DNA of 64,000 bases from Candidatus Multivorans sp. GTDB lineage: Bacteria; Acidobacteriota; Thermoanaerobaculia; Multivoradales; Multivoraceae. The translations under genes were made by a program, and so were the position numbers. This document shows positions 30,452 through 41,069 of the stretch, one piece after another. Numbering within the stretch: the first letter of the stretch is position 1; each line of letters starts with the position of its first letter. The notes beneath the pieces are model-generated. The model did no database searches. It was not told where the DNA came from and saw only the letters and a program-made list of their open reading frames with translations. The stretch lies in NCBI GenBank assembly GCA_965224025.1, contig OZ245033.1:3360001-3424000 (forward strand). The letters are read 5' to 3'.

Positions 30452-30498
30452 ACGAGTACAAGGGATGAAGGTGTACGACCGATGAGGGGAAACGGATA
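30431..30498 (+). repeat. Degenerate 17-bp tandem repeat (four units) spanning the pth stop and the pth-hppA spacer
   Basis: ATGAACGAGTACAACGG / ATGAACGAGTACAAGGG / ATGAAGGTGTACGACCG / ATGAGGGGAAACGGATA. Confidence 0.7.
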
Positions 30499-32571
30499 GT
30501 GGACAACATGTACTACCTGCTGCCTGTGTTCGGCGCGGCAGCTCTGATCCATGCCTTGCTGCGAAGCCGGTGGATCAACCGGCAGGATGCCGGCGACGGC
30601 GAGATGGCTGAGATCGCCGGCCACATTCGCGATGGCGCGATGGCGTTCCTGGGCCGCGAATACCGCATCCTCGGGATCTTCGTCCTCCTGGCCGCGGCTC
30701 TGCTGGCGCTTGCAAATTCCGACCGCGCGGGCAGCTCCGCGTGGATCGGGGTCTCCGTGCTCGGCGGCGCCCTCTGTTCGGGTCTGGCCGGGTTTTTTGG
30801 CATGCGGGTCGCGACTTCCGCCAACGTGCGGACCGCCGCGGCCGCCCGCACCAGCCTGAACCGGGCCCTGGCCGTCGCCTTCTCCGGCGGCGCGGTGATG
30901 GGCTTCGCGGTGGTGGGGCTCGGCATCCTGGGCTTGTCGCTGCTCTATCTGCTCTACGCCTCGATGTTCGGCAGTGCCGACAACGAGTCGCTGGGGCAGG
31001 TGGTGACGGTGCTGACGGGCTTCTCATTCGGCGCTTCCTCGATCGCGCTGTTTGCGCGCGTCGGCGGCGGCATCTACACCAAGGCCGCCGATGTCGGCGC
31101 CGACCTGGTAGGCAAGGTCGAAGAGGGCATTCCCGAGGACGACCCGCGCAACCCGGCCGTGATCGCGGACAACGTCGGCGACAACGTCGGCGACGTGGCC
31201 GGCATGGGCGCCGACCTGTTCGAGTCTTACGTCGGCGCCATCGTCGGCACGCTCGTCCTCGGCGTCAGCACGACGACCCTGGCGGGCGAGGAGTTCACGC
31301 CGAGCCTGATCTTGCTGCCGATGCTCCTCGCCGGCCTCGGCATCCTCGTGTCGCTGGCCTCGACCTTCCTGGTGCGCACCCGGGAGGGCGGCAACCCGCA
31401 GCACGCCCTGGACCTTGGCACCTTTGCGGCTGCCGGAATCATGCTGATCGTGACCTGGTTCACGGCCCGCTGGCTGCTGGGCGAAACCCGGTACGTCGTC
31501 GAGGGCCAGGAGTTCGGGTACATGGGAGTTTTCCTGGCCACGGTCGCCGGCCTCGTGGCCGGCCTCCTGATCGGTCTGATCACGCAGTACTACACGGCCG
31601 AGTCGAAGGCGCCGGCCCAGGGCATCGCCAGGGACAGCCTGACCGGCAGCGCCACGAACATCATCGGCGGTCTGGCCGTCGGCATGCAGTCGACGGCGCT
31701 TCCGATCGTCGTTCTGACCGCCGCGGTTCTCGTGGCCCACTCTCAGGCGGGCCTCTACGGCATCGCGATCGCGGCTCTGGGCATGCTGTCGACGACGGGA
31801 ATTCAGCTTGCCGTCGACGCCTACGGACCGGTTGCCGACAACGCCGGCGGCATCGCCGAGATGAGCCGTCTGGGCGCCGACGTGCGTGCGCGGACCGACA
31901 AGCTGGACGCGGTCGGCAACACGACGGCGGCGATCGGCAAGGGCTTCGCGATCGGCTCGGCGGCGCTCACCGCTTTGGTGCTGTTCGCGGCCTTCCGCAC
32001 CACGGTCGGCCTGGAGAGCATGGACCTGGTGAACCCGCGCGTGATGTGCGGCCTGTTCATCGGCGCCATGCTGCCGTTCCTGTTCTCGTCGATGGCGATG
32101 AAGGCCGTGGGCAAGGCCGCCTTCGAGATGATCGAGGAAGTGCGGAGGCAGTTCCGCGCGATTCCCGGCCTGATCGAGGGGAAGGCGAAGGCGGACTACG
32201 CCCGCTGCGTGGACATTTCAACCGCGGCGGCGCTCCGGCAGATGGTCGCGCCGGGTCTGCTTGCCATTCTGGTTCCGGTCGCGGTTGGCTTCTACGATGT
32301 CGAGGCGCTGGCGGGCGTGCTTGCCGGCGTCACGGCGGGCGGCGTCCTGCTCGCGATCTTCATGTCCAACGCCGGCGGCGCCTGGGACAACGCGAAGAAG
32401 TACATCGAAGCCGGCGCCCATGGCGGCAAGGGCTCGGACGCGCACAAAGCCGCGGTGGTTGGGGACACGGTGGGCGACCCGTTCAAGGACACCGCCGGCC
32501 CGAGCCTGAACATTCTGATCAAGCTGATGTCCGTCGTGTCCCTGGTCATCGCGCCCCTGCTCGTACTATGA
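30499..32571 (+). CDS. hppA: Membrane-bound ion-translocating pyrophosphatase (K+-dependent type, possibly Na+-pumping)
   Basis: [32 protein letters not shown] (Ala at the K+-dependence position), [14 protein letters not shown]. Confidence 0.96.
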   Translation: MDNMYYLLPVFGAAALIHALLRSRWINRQDAGDGEMAEIAGHIRDGAMAFLGREYRILGIFVLLAAALLALANSDRAGSSAWIGVSVLGGALCSGLAGFFGMRVATSANVRTAAAARTSLNRALAVAFSGGAVMGFAVVGLGILGLSLLYLLYASMFGSADNESLGQVVTVLTGFSFGASSIALFARVGGGIYTKAADVGADLVGKVEEGIPEDDPRNPAVIADNVGDNVGDVAGMGADLFESYVGAIVGTLVLGVSTTTLAGEEFTPSLILLPMLLAGLGILVSLASTFLVRTREGGNPQHALDLGTFAAAGIMLIVTWFTARWLLGETRYVVEGQEFGYMGVFLATVAGLVAGLLIGLITQYYTAESKAPAQGIARDSLTGSATNIIGGLAVGMQSTALPIVVLTAAVLVAHSQAGLYGIAIAALGMLSTTGIQLAVDAYGPVADNAGGIAEMSRLGADVRARTDKLDAVGNTTAAIGKGFAIGSAALTALVLFAAFRTTVGLESMDLVNPRVMCGLFIGAMLPFLFSSMAMKAVGKAAFEMIEEVRRQFRAIPGLIEGKAKADYARCVDISTAAALRQMVAPGLLAILVPVAVGFYDVEALAGVLAGVTAGGVLLAIFMSNAGGAWDNAKKYIEAGAHGGKGSDAHKAAVVGDTVGDPFKDTAGPSLNILIKLMSVVSLVIAPLLVL

Positions 32572-32701
32572 CCGACAGCCGTGATAGATTCCGCCGCCGA
32601 TTCGTTGCGGCTTGGGCGCCAACGAACATCACCATGCGCTCGCGGACAAACCTCGCCCTCCGTCTTCGATCCACCGCGACCGCCGCACCGAGGATGAACG
32701 A

Positions 32702-33070
32702 TTGACACGGACATACGAACTGGTCTTCATCGCGGACCCACGCCTCTCGGACGAAGAGGCCGTGCAGTTGAGCGACGGTTTCGCCGAGATGCTGGTCGCG
32801 GATGGCAGGACCCGGATCACTCAGGAAGAATCCTGGGGCAAACGCCGGCTCGCCTATCCGATCCGGAAGTTCACCGAGGGGCGGTACCACATCTACTACC
32901 TGGAGTCCGACGGAGGCGACCACGGCCTTGCCGAGGTCGGGCAGAGGATGCTCCAGAACGAGCGCATCCTGCGTCACCTTGTGGTGCGGACGGACCGTGA
33001 TCTGAAACGCGCGGCAAGCAAGGGCAAGGCGCCGGTCCAGTCGACGGTCCTCGCCGAGGCTGCCAGCTAA
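32702..33070 (+). CDS. rpsF: 30S ribosomal protein S6
   Basis: TTG start with GAGG RBS; [23 protein letters not shown]. Confidence 0.93.
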   Translation: MTRTYELVFIADPRLSDEEAVQLSDGFAEMLVADGRTRITQEESWGKRRLAYPIRKFTEGRYHIYYLESDGGDHGLAEVGQRMLQNERILRHLVVRTDRDLKRAASKGKAPVQSTVLAEAAS

Positions 33071-33086
33071 GGGGATATCGAGAGAC

Positions 33087-33317
33087 ATGCCGAAACGCAA
33101 GACCTTCTTCCGCCGCCGCAAGGTGTGCAAGTTCACCGCAGACGGGATCGAGTACATCGACTACAAGGACGTCGCGACCCTGCGGCCCTTCGTGCCGGAG
33201 AGGGCGAAGGTTCTCCCGCGCAGGATCTCGGGCAACTCGGCCCGCCACCAGAGAATGCTGGCCCGCGCCATCCGGCGGGCGCGCTTTCTGGCCCTGATTC
33301 CGTACACCACGGACTGA
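33087..33317 (+). CDS. rpsR: 30S ribosomal protein S18
   Basis: IDYKD..L..F...RAK.LPRRISG...HQR..A..RAR.LAL.PY. Confidence 0.96.
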   Translation: MPKRKTFFRRRKVCKFTADGIEYIDYKDVATLRPFVPERAKVLPRRISGNSARHQRMLARAIRRARFLALIPYTTD

Positions 33318-33350
33318 ACTGTCAGGGAGGGAAGGGGCGAGGAACGAAAG

Positions 33351-33797
33351 ATGGAAGTCATCCTGCTTCAGGACATGAGGGCGCTCGGTGCGCGCGGCGA
33401 GGTCGTCGATGTCAAGCCCGGCTACGCACGGAACTACCTGTATCCGAGGGAGCTCGCCGCGCCGTCCACGGTGGCGAACCGGCACTGGTTCGAGTCGCAG
33501 CGGTCGAAGTTCGACGCCCGGCACGCGGCGGAGCGCTCGGCTGCCGCCGAGATCGCGGCCGAACTTGCGGCCTTGAAGCTCAAGATCGCCAAGCGGGCCA
33601 GCGAGGCGGGAACTCTCTACGGCGCCGTGACGCCGACGGAAGTGGTCGAGGCGCTCGCATCCAAGGGCGTTCAGGTCCATCGCCGGATGGTCGACCTGTC
33701 GGGCGGCATCAAGACGTTGGGCGATCATGTCGTGCGGGTCGACCTGCACACGGAAGTGATTGCCGAAGTTGCGGTCGAGGTCGTGCCTGAGACCTAG
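33351..33797 (+). CDS. rplI: 50S ribosomal protein L9
   Basis: MEVILLQD...VKPGYARNYL, LYGAVT, IKTLG. Confidence 0.96.
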   Translation: MEVILLQDMRALGARGEVVDVKPGYARNYLYPRELAAPSTVANRHWFESQRSKFDARHAAERSAAAEIAAELAALKLKIAKRASEAGTLYGAVTPTEVVEALASKGVQVHRRMVDLSGGIKTLGDHVVRVDLHTEVIAEVAVEVVPET

Positions 33798-33816
33798 GGT
33801 CCCCAGCGAGGCGGAC

Positions 33817-35100
33817 GTGCTCGACGGGGCGTCCGAGCAGACCGTCGGCGCGGACGGTGAAACAGTGGGCGGCGACAGCGGATCCACGGAAGTCGAAGAC
33901 TTCCTTGGGGATCGTCCGACCCATCGTCTCGAGGATTGGCGCCGCCTCTGGGATCGGGATATCCCGTTCCCCATTCGCAGTCACCGCGGCTTCGCCGGCA
34001 GTCTGCTCGTGGCCCTCAAGCGGTTGCTGCGGCCGTTCGTCTTGCTGCCGCAGAAGGATCTCTGGGAGCGCCAGCGGGTCTTCAACCTCATCCTGCTGGG
34101 CCAGGTCCAGGATCAGGAGCAGCGTTTCCGGGAATGGCGCAAGCGCCAGGAGCAGGTCGATCAGGCACTCGAGCAGCGCATCGGCGATCTGGACCGGCGG
34201 ACCAGGCACCTCGAGAGCTTCCTGCGCCAGGGCCTGGACGAGGTCATGCGTCATGACGACGCGCTGTTCGGTCGCGTCGACCGAAAGCTGGACCGGTACC
34301 GCCGCGAAGCGGACGAACTCGCCGGTCTCCTGAGATCGGCTCTGGCCAGGGGCGGCGAGGAGGCGGCGGGGGCGTTTCGGTCCAGCGTCGACGACGCTTC
34401 CTACCTAGCGTTCGAGCACCGGTTTCGGGGCGGGGAGGAAGAGATCCGGCGGCGCCTTCAGGTCTACCTGTCTCGGCTCCGCGAGGCGGCGCCGATCCTG
34501 GACCTCGGCTGCGGCCGCGGCGAGGCGCTGGCGCTCCTCCAGGAGGAGGGAGTCGAGTGTCGCGGCATCGATTCCTCCGCTGCCATGGTGCGCCGCTCTT
34601 CCCAGAGGGGCCTTCGGGTCGAGCAGGGCGATCTGCTGGAGGGCCTGGCCGGCGTCGAGCCCGGATCCGTAGGCGGAATCGTCTCCTTTCACGTGATCGA
34701 ACACCTGCCTCCGGAGGCAGTCGACCGGCTCGTGCGGCTCGCCTTCGCGGCCCTTCGCCCCGGGGGGCTTCTCCTGCTCGAAACGCCGAATCCGCTCTCG
34801 GTTTCCGTGACCGCGCGGAGCTTCTGGCTCGACCCGACGCACGTGCGGCCGGTTCACCCGGAGACGCTGCGCGCCAGCTACGAGAGCGCCGGATTCGGCG
34901 GCATCGAACGGCTCGACCTGCGGCCCTACCCCGAAGAGGAGCGTCTGCCCGAGATCCCGCTCGAGGGTCTGGACGGTCAGAGCCGCGAACTGGCGGACCG
35001 CCTGAACCGCCTTCGCGACGAACTCGACGATCTCCTCTACGGCTACCGGGACTACGCGTTGGTCGGCGTGCGGCCCGTGTCGGAGTCGGCGCGGCCCTGA
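33817..35100 (+). CDS. Class I SAM methyltransferase with N-terminal coiled coil (surface-glycan capping type)
   Basis: YLAFEHRFRG.EEEI, LDLGCGRGE, FHVIEHL, ETPNP, FWLDPTHVRP; start uncertain. Confidence 0.85.
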   Translation: MLDGASEQTVGADGETVGGDSGSTEVEDFLGDRPTHRLEDWRRLWDRDIPFPIRSHRGFAGSLLVALKRLLRPFVLLPQKDLWERQRVFNLILLGQVQDQEQRFREWRKRQEQVDQALEQRIGDLDRRTRHLESFLRQGLDEVMRHDDALFGRVDRKLDRYRREADELAGLLRSALARGGEEAAGAFRSSVDDASYLAFEHRFRGGEEEIRRRLQVYLSRLREAAPILDLGCGRGEALALLQEEGVECRGIDSSAAMVRRSSQRGLRVEQGDLLEGLAGVEPGSVGGIVSFHVIEHLPPEAVDRLVRLAFAALRPGGLLLLETPNPLSVSVTARSFWLDPTHVRPVHPETLRASYESAGFGGIERLDLRPYPEEERLPEIPLEGLDGQSRELADRLNRLRDELDDLLYGYRDYALVGVRPVSESARP

Positions 35101-35122
35101 CGCAAGGCCGCCCGGAGCGCGT

Positions 35123-38092
35123 TCAACGAGCGTCGCCGGAAGCCGGTAGGACCGGCAGTTCCACGGCCCGGCCCCGCAGCATGACGCCAAACACCCGGTG
35201 GCGCTCGGTGAAGACCGACGGCAGCGGCGCGCCCGGGACGTTGCCGCGAAAGCCGGTCCTCAGCAGCCGCGGATCGTCGAACTGCTCGACCACGTCCGGG
35301 CGCCCCGGCCCCGAGCGCCCGACGTTGGCTAGGAACTCACCGTCGCGGTAGATGACGACTTGGCGCGCCGTCTCGGCCCGTTCGAGGTCGGCCGCCCAGC
35401 CCGCGATGCTGGTGCCGCGCCGCAGCGCCGCCACCCGGTCGACCGCGCCGTCGAAGCCGTCGCCGGGCGCATGCACGGGGAGCCGGCGACCGTCCGAGAC
35501 GGGGACGATCTCCCTGCCGCCGCGCCCGCGCTCGAGTGGCCGGTAGGAGAATCGGAGCCGAGTGGCGACGCCGCCGTGACCGACCGCGAAGGCGACGATG
35601 CCCTCGCGCTCGACCTGTTCCCGGTCGGCCGCGAGCCGCAGCGTGAAGCCGTTGTCCCTGAGCGCCGGGCCGCTGAAGGCGGTCGCCTCCGAGCCGACGA
35701 CGGTGACCACCGTGTTGGACCGTCCGGTGTTGACCGCGTCGGACGCCCGGCCGTTGAGCCGGAAGAGCGAGCGGCCGCCTGCCGCGGGCCCCTCGGGCAC
35801 GGTCGCGTCCAGGTATCCCAACAGGTCGCGGGACGGCGGCGCCACCGGCAGCGTCTCCGACGCCCGGGCCTGGTCCCGGACGGAGCTCCGGCGCAGGCCC
35901 TCGATCAAGCCTTCACCGCCTCGCACCGCCTCGTACCGGTACTCGGAATCCACTCGGTAGGCGAAGGCCTCCGGAGAGTCGAGGCGTTCGAGCTCCAGTT
36001 CGCCGTCGCGATCCGTGGCCAGAAACAGGTCGATCCGGTTGTGGCCGGGGTGCAGCAGCGGCTCTGGCAGGATTGCCGAGACCCGAGTCCGGCCGCGCTC
36101 GAAGTGGGCGTGGACGGTGTCCGCCACGATTCCGTTCACGGCGACGACGACGGGTCGGTCCGGGGGCGTTTTCCGATCGACGAGGAACGCTTCGACGACA
36201 GCGGGCAGCAGCGTCGCCTCCAGGTCGATGTCGTCCCAGACGTGGGGGAGCTCGAGTCGAGCGCGGGTTGCGCCGGCGCGCACCGCCAGTTCGGAGACCG
36301 GCCGGCCGTGCAGCTCGGGCAACGAGCCGATCCCCGCCGGGTCGTTCGACTCGCCGAGCAGCGCGGTCTGCTCCGCGAGGCGGGAGCGGCGCCAGGAATC
36401 CCGCTCCGCCGGAACCTCAATTTCGGCGCCGTGCTCACTGAACCACAGTGGAGAGGCGCCGCCCCGCGCGCGTCCCATGCCGGTGTTGCCGGCGTCCCCG
36501 GCGAGTTCCAGCATGAGCGGCGTCAGGTCGACCAGAGAGATGGGACCGCGGTCGATCTCCGGCCGGTCCTGGAACGGCGCCTTGACGATCAGGGGCACGG
36601 CGACAAGGTCCAGGATCTGGCCGCCCGAGGGGTCGGGCGCCGGCAGCCGCAACGACCGGCCCGGCTGGAACGAAAGGCCGTGATCCGCCGCGATCACGAC
36701 CAGGCTGCGGTCGAACAGGTCGAGCGCATCCAGCTTCTCCAGCAGCTCGCCGATCAGCCGGTCCACGAACTGGAGCTGGAGCAGGTAGCGCTTCTGGTGG
36801 TGCTTGACCGTCCAGGCGTCGCTGGTCCAGGTTCCGTCCCTGAGACCGTAGGCCCTGCTGCGGGAGTACCTCCGGCCGGACGGCAGGTACTCCCAGGGAG
36901 CGTGGGGCAGCAGGACGTGCGTGAAGTACAGGCCCGGCCGCGCTCCCGGCGGTCTGATCGAGTCCATGAAGCGGCGGAAGTCGTTGACCCGTTCGTCGTT
37001 CCGGCGATGGGGGTGGGCCCGCGCCAGTTGCCGATCGCCGGGTGTCGAAGGCGCGGCCTCAGCGGTCGCCCGGTCGAAGCCGCTCCAGGTCCGGTCGAGC
37101 GGCGGAATTCGCTCCGCCCACGGTTCCGGCAGCGTCAGGCTGAGCCAGACGAAACGGAGGTCGGAGAGCAGCAGGCCGAAGCGCTGGCCGAAGGGAGGCC
37201 GTTCGTCCTCCAGCAGGTTCCGATCGGGCGGGCACAGCGAGGTGACCGGTTCCATGGCGAAGATGTCGTGGCTCGGCGCGAGCAGCGTGAACAGATTGAC
37301 CGCGTGGTCGGCGGCGGTCGGGAGCCGGCCCCGCTCGGGCGGCGAGCCGGTCAGCATCGCCGGCACCGCGTGGTTCGTCATGTTGGAGGCGGCCGTGGCG
37401 TTGGGATACCACGTGGCGCGGTCGGCGAAGCGCGCCAGATTGGGAAAGCGCCGGCGGTCGATCGCGCCCTCGGCGTCGAGGATCGAGATCATCGACCACT
37501 CGTCGAAGACGGCCAGGACGATCGGCGCCCGGGCGCCGCCGCTGCCCGGAAGCGCCGCGCCGCCGGCCCCGGCGAGGGCGCGCCGCACGTCGCCGTCGAG
37601 CACCAGGACCGCCGGCGCCACGACCGTGGCCCCCGCCACCAGCAGGGCGAGGGAACGAAAGGCGGGGAGGCGGAGGTAGGCCCACGCGACGGCGGCGCAG
37701 GTGGCCAGGGCGACGGTCCCGGCGGCGGCCGCGGGAAGGCCGCGAACGGCCTGCAGCGCGATCGTTCCGACGAGCAGTCCGGCGGCCGCCGCGACCGCCG
37801 GTCGCACCCAAGCCGGGCGGAAGAGCCGGACCGCGGCGGCCGGAACGGAGAGGACGAGGGCGGGGCCGATCGCGGCGAGCGCGACCAGGACCGCGATGTC
37901 AACAAACGCGAGCTGTCGGATGGCGAAGAACTCGGGCGTTCGCCGCAGCAGGTCGTAGACCGGCTGGGCGATCGCGAGTGTGCTCAGTCCGGCGATCGCG
38001 AGAACGCCGCGGCCGAGGCCCGTGCGTCCTCCGGTGCTCCGGGAATCCGGAGAATCGCCGGATGCTGGGAGGACTTGCCGGTTCGCGCCCAA
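35123..38092 (-). CDS. Membrane-anchored alkaline phosphatase/sulfatase-superfamily protein with C-terminal beta domains
   Basis: N-terminal TMs; PIVLAVFDE, ASNMTNHAVPAMLTG, HVLLPHAPW, AADHG, VPLIVK. Confidence 0.82.
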   Translation of the reverse strand: MGANRQVLPASGDSPDSRSTGGRTGLGRGVLAIAGLSTLAIAQPVYDLLRRTPEFFAIRQLAFVDIAVLVALAAIGPALVLSVPAAAVRLFRPAWVRPAVAAAAGLLVGTIALQAVRGLPAAAAGTVALATCAAVAWAYLRLPAFRSLALLVAGATVVAPAVLVLDGDVRRALAGAGGAALPGSGGARAPIVLAVFDEWSMISILDAEGAIDRRRFPNLARFADRATWYPNATAASNMTNHAVPAMLTGSPPERGRLPTAADHAVNLFTLLAPSHDIFAMEPVTSLCPPDRNLLEDERPPFGQRFGLLLSDLRFVWLSLTLPEPWAERIPPLDRTWSGFDRATAEAAPSTPGDRQLARAHPHRRNDERVNDFRRFMDSIRPPGARPGLYFTHVLLPHAPWEYLPSGRRYSRSRAYGLRDGTWTSDAWTVKHHQKRYLLQLQFVDRLIGELLEKLDALDLFDRSLVVIAADHGLSFQPGRSLRLPAPDPSGGQILDLVAVPLIVKAPFQDRPEIDRGPISLVDLTPLMLELAGDAGNTGMGRARGGASPLWFSEHGAEIEVPAERDSWRRSRLAEQTALLGESNDPAGIGSLPELHGRPVSELAVRAGATRARLELPHVWDDIDLEATLLPAVVEAFLVDRKTPPDRPVVVAVNGIVADTVHAHFERGRTRVSAILPEPLLHPGHNRIDLFLATDRDGELELERLDSPEAFAYRVDSEYRYEAVRGGEGLIEGLRRSSVRDQARASETLPVAPPSRDLLGYLDATVPEGPAAGGRSLFRLNGRASDAVNTGRSNTVVTVVGSEATAFSGPALRDNGFTLRLAADREQVEREGIVAFAVGHGGVATRLRFSYRPLERGRGGREIVPVSDGRRLPVHAPGDGFDGAVDRVAALRRGTSIAGWAADLERAETARQVVIYRDGEFLANVGRSGPGRPDVVEQFDDPRLLRTGFRGNVPGAPLPSVFTERHRVFGVMLRGRAVELPVLPASGDAR

Positions 38093-38093
38093 G

Positions 38094-40571
38094 TCAGGGG
38101 CCTTCCTCGTCCTCTCTCCAACGCTCGCGGACCAGGGACCAGTCGGTGACGTCCTCCGGCATGTTCTCGTCGGCCTTTGGCTCGCCGTACAGGGCCCGCT
38201 GCTGGTACCAGGGCAGGTCGTAGACGGGTCGCGTGTCGGGGTCGAAGGAGAGCACCGGCTCGGTGCCGGCGATGAACGCTTCGTCGATCAGGTGCTGTCC
38301 CACGGGGCGACGCGCCGGGAGCAGGCCGGAGTTGTACTCGATCCGCGCCAGGCGGACCTGGTTGGGCCGGGTGAACGTCTCCCGCGGATCGATCCAGCCG
38401 TCCTCGATCCCCTGGCGCAGGATCTCGTTCCAGATCGGCAGGGCCGCCGCGGCGCCGGTCATGTTGCGGCCGATGCGCTGCCGCTGGTCGTAGCCGACCC
38501 AGACCACGAGCGTGTACGTGGGGGTGTAGCCGGCGAACCACGCGTCGGTAAATCCGTCCGTGGTGCCGGTCTTGCCGGCCACGGCCGCAAGTCCGAGGCT
38601 TTTCGCTGACTGGGCGGTTCCGCGCTGAACCACTCCGGAAAGCACATGGGTCAGCAGGTACGCGACCTCCGGAGTCAGCACGGTCGACACCTGGGGCACG
38701 TGAGCCTCGAGCTCGCGGCCGTCCCGGGTCGCGACGCTCTCGATCATGTACGGCTCGACGTGGATCCCCAGGTTGGCCATCGTGGCGTACGCCGTGGCCA
38801 CCTCGAGCAGGCTCAGGTCGGCGGCGCCCAGGGCCAGACTCGGATACGGCGGCAGCGACGAACGGATGCCGGCCCGGTAGGCGAAGTCGACCACCCGGTC
38901 GGGGCCGACGATGTCCTGGAGCTTGACCGACGTGACGTTGATCGACTTCTCGAGCGCCTTGCGCAGGGTCAGGATGCCGAGGTACTTGCGGTAGTAGTTG
39001 CGGGGACTGTAACTCGGCAGGTTGTCGACGCCCACGAACACCGCCGGCCCATCGAAGAGCGTGTCGGCGGGGGTGAAGCCGTGTTCGAACGCGGCGCCGA
39101 AGACGAGTGGCTTGAAGAGCGAACCGACTTGGCGACGGGCCTGCACAGCGCGGTTGAATTCGCTTCGCTCGTAGTCCCAACCGCCGACCATCGCGCGCAC
39201 CGCGCCGGTCGACGACTCGAGCAGCAGCACGGCGCCCTCGACGATCGGCGCCTGGACAAGTTCGAGCGTAAAAGGCTGCCCCGGATCGGTTCCGCCGTCC
39301 AGCTCGGCCTCTCCGGCGGGCCGGAGTTCGAACCAGGCGATGTCGCCCCGCTCAAGGGGCGCCGCGTCGCGCCGGGTCCACGCGTACCCTTCGGGATGGA
39401 GCACAAAGCGGTCGTCGCCGATGCGGATCTCCGCCTCTCGCCGGCCGCGCCGGAGCACGACGCCCGGAGCCCAGGCACCGGCCTCCGGTTCGAAGCCGAC
39501 CCAGGCGGCGAGAAGACCCCCGACCGACTCGGCGAGGTCCTGCGCCTCGAGATCGTCCTGGTCGACACGGGACGCCGGCCCACGGTAGCCGCGCAGCCGG
39601 TCGATCCGAACCAGTCCCCGCCGCAGCGCCTGCTCGGCGGCGTTCTGCATCCGGGGATCCAGCGTCGTTCTGACCCGGAGACCTCGCTCGTAGAGGCCCT
39701 TCTGGCCGTGGGTGCGGTAGAGGTCGACCCGAACTCGTTCGGCGAAGTACGGCGCCACCGGCTTCGTCTCGCGCTGCTTGACCACGTTGAGCGGCTGCGT
39801 GGCCGCCTCCTCGGCCTGCTGTCTGCTGATCACGCCTCGCTCGGCCACGACGCGCAGGATCGTGTTGCGGCGATTGCGCACGACCTCGGGACGCAGGTAC
39901 GGCGTCCACACGCTCGGACCCGGCAGGATGGCCACCAGGGTGGCGGATTCCATGTGGTCCAGCTCGGCTGACGGCTTGCCGAAGTAGTAGCGGGAGGCAG
40001 CCTCGAGGCCGTAGTTGCGGTGGCCGAAGTAGGTCAGGTTGCAGTAGAGAGTCAGGATCTGCTGCTTGCTCAGCCGCTTCTCGAGTTCGATGGCGAGGAG
40101 CGTCTCCCGGATCTTCCGGCTCCAGACCTTCTCGCGGCCGAGATAGAGCGTTCGCGCCACCTGCATCGTGATCGTCGAGGCACCCGAGAATCTCTCGCCC
40201 CGCCGCCAGTTCTGCACGGTTGCTCGCGCCACGCCGATGATGTCGAAGCCGCCGTGAGAGTAGAAGTTCCGGTCCTCCGCGGTGAGCAGCACGCGCTCGA
40301 AGATTTCCGGCACCTCGCCTTCGGCGAGCATGATCCGCTTCTCGACGGAGTAACTCCGGAAGACCTCGCCGCGGTTGTCGAGGAGACGCGTGATCTGACT
40401 CGGATTCAACTCGGCGACGGTTTCCACCTGTGGCAGGTCGATCACCGCCGCGACGCCGATCCCCAGCAGGACGCCCGCGAGCGGCGTGGCCACAATCGGC
40501 GTAAGCCACCGCCAGTGCCGCAAGCCCCAGGCGAGCACGGGTTGCAGGGCGTTCCGCGGCGCCTCCATCAC
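38094..40571 (-). CDS. Penicillin-binding protein 1A family
   Basis: GT51 motifs EDRNFYSH, GASTITMQ, RKIRE; transpeptidase SLFK, SIN, KTG. Confidence 0.95.
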   Translation of the reverse strand: MMEAPRNALQPVLAWGLRHWRWLTPIVATPLAGVLLGIGVAAVIDLPQVETVAELNPSQITRLLDNRGEVFRSYSVEKRIMLAEGEVPEIFERVLLTAEDRNFYSHGGFDIIGVARATVQNWRRGERFSGASTITMQVARTLYLGREKVWSRKIRETLLAIELEKRLSKQQILTLYCNLTYFGHRNYGLEAASRYYFGKPSAELDHMESATLVAILPGPSVWTPYLRPEVVRNRRNTILRVVAERGVISRQQAEEAATQPLNVVKQRETKPVAPYFAERVRVDLYRTHGQKGLYERGLRVRTTLDPRMQNAAEQALRRGLVRIDRLRGYRGPASRVDQDDLEAQDLAESVGGLLAAWVGFEPEAGAWAPGVVLRRGRREAEIRIGDDRFVLHPEGYAWTRRDAAPLERGDIAWFELRPAGEAELDGGTDPGQPFTLELVQAPIVEGAVLLLESSTGAVRAMVGGWDYERSEFNRAVQARRQVGSLFKPLVFGAAFEHGFTPADTLFDGPAVFVGVDNLPSYSPRNYYRKYLGILTLRKALEKSINVTSVKLQDIVGPDRVVDFAYRAGIRSSLPPYPSLALGAADLSLLEVATAYATMANLGIHVEPYMIESVATRDGRELEAHVPQVSTVLTPEVAYLLTHVLSGVVQRGTAQSAKSLGLAAVAGKTGTTDGFTDAWFAGYTPTYTLVVWVGYDQRQRIGRNMTGAAAALPIWNEILRQGIEDGWIDPRETFTRPNQVRLARIEYNSGLLPARRPVGQHLIDEAFIAGTEPVLSFDPDTRPVYDLPWYQQRALYGEPKADENMPEDVTDWSLVRERWREDEEGP

Positions 40572-40594
40572 GCGCGTATCATACGGCCCGACTC

Positions 40595-41068
40595 ATGAGT
40601 CCCGAAGCCGAGGCGCCGCGCGGCCTGCCGCCGCTGCCGGAACCCTTCCCCGAGCCGTCGTCTGCGCGGCCGCGGGATCCGGGCCGGACGCGGCGTGGCT
40701 GTCTAGTCGCGGGCGTGGCCGGATGCGGACTGCTCGCGGTCGTCCTGGCGGTGGGGCTGGCGGTGGCCCTGACCCAGGCGGACGAACTGCTTGAGTTCGT
40801 ACTGGACTTCGGTCGCAACCGGATCATGGAGGAACTGCCTGAGGACATCACGTCGGAAGAGCGCAACCGTCTCGACCGGGCCTTTGATTCCGTACTCGAC
40901 CGCTACAAGACCCGTCCGGCGACGCCTGCCGATAACCGGCGGCTGCAGATGGCTCTCACCGACGCGCTGCGGCGGGCGGAGCGGGGACTCCTCGACCGCG
41001 ACGATCTGCGCCGGCTGACCGAGCGTCTCGAGCGGGTAGCGGCTTCCAACACTAGCCCGGAGATCTGA
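40595..41068 (+). CDS. Hypothetical single-TM protein
   Basis: Pro-rich N-terminus, RRGCLVAG...GC TM segment, helical C-domain; directly upstream of uvrB. Confidence 0.65.
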   Translation: MSPEAEAPRGLPPLPEPFPEPSSARPRDPGRTRRGCLVAGVAGCGLLAVVLAVGLAVALTQADELLEFVLDFGRNRIMEELPEDITSEERNRLDRAFDSVLDRYKTRPATPADNRRLQMALTDALRRAERGLLDRDDLRRLTERLERVAASNTSPEI

Positions 41069-41069
41069 C

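Noticed and set aside
32575-32700. Possible S6:S18 autoregulatory RNA leader upstream of rpsF
   Set aside because: I could not identify the conserved stem and CCR motif with confidence by eye; it needs an Rfam/Infernal scan.
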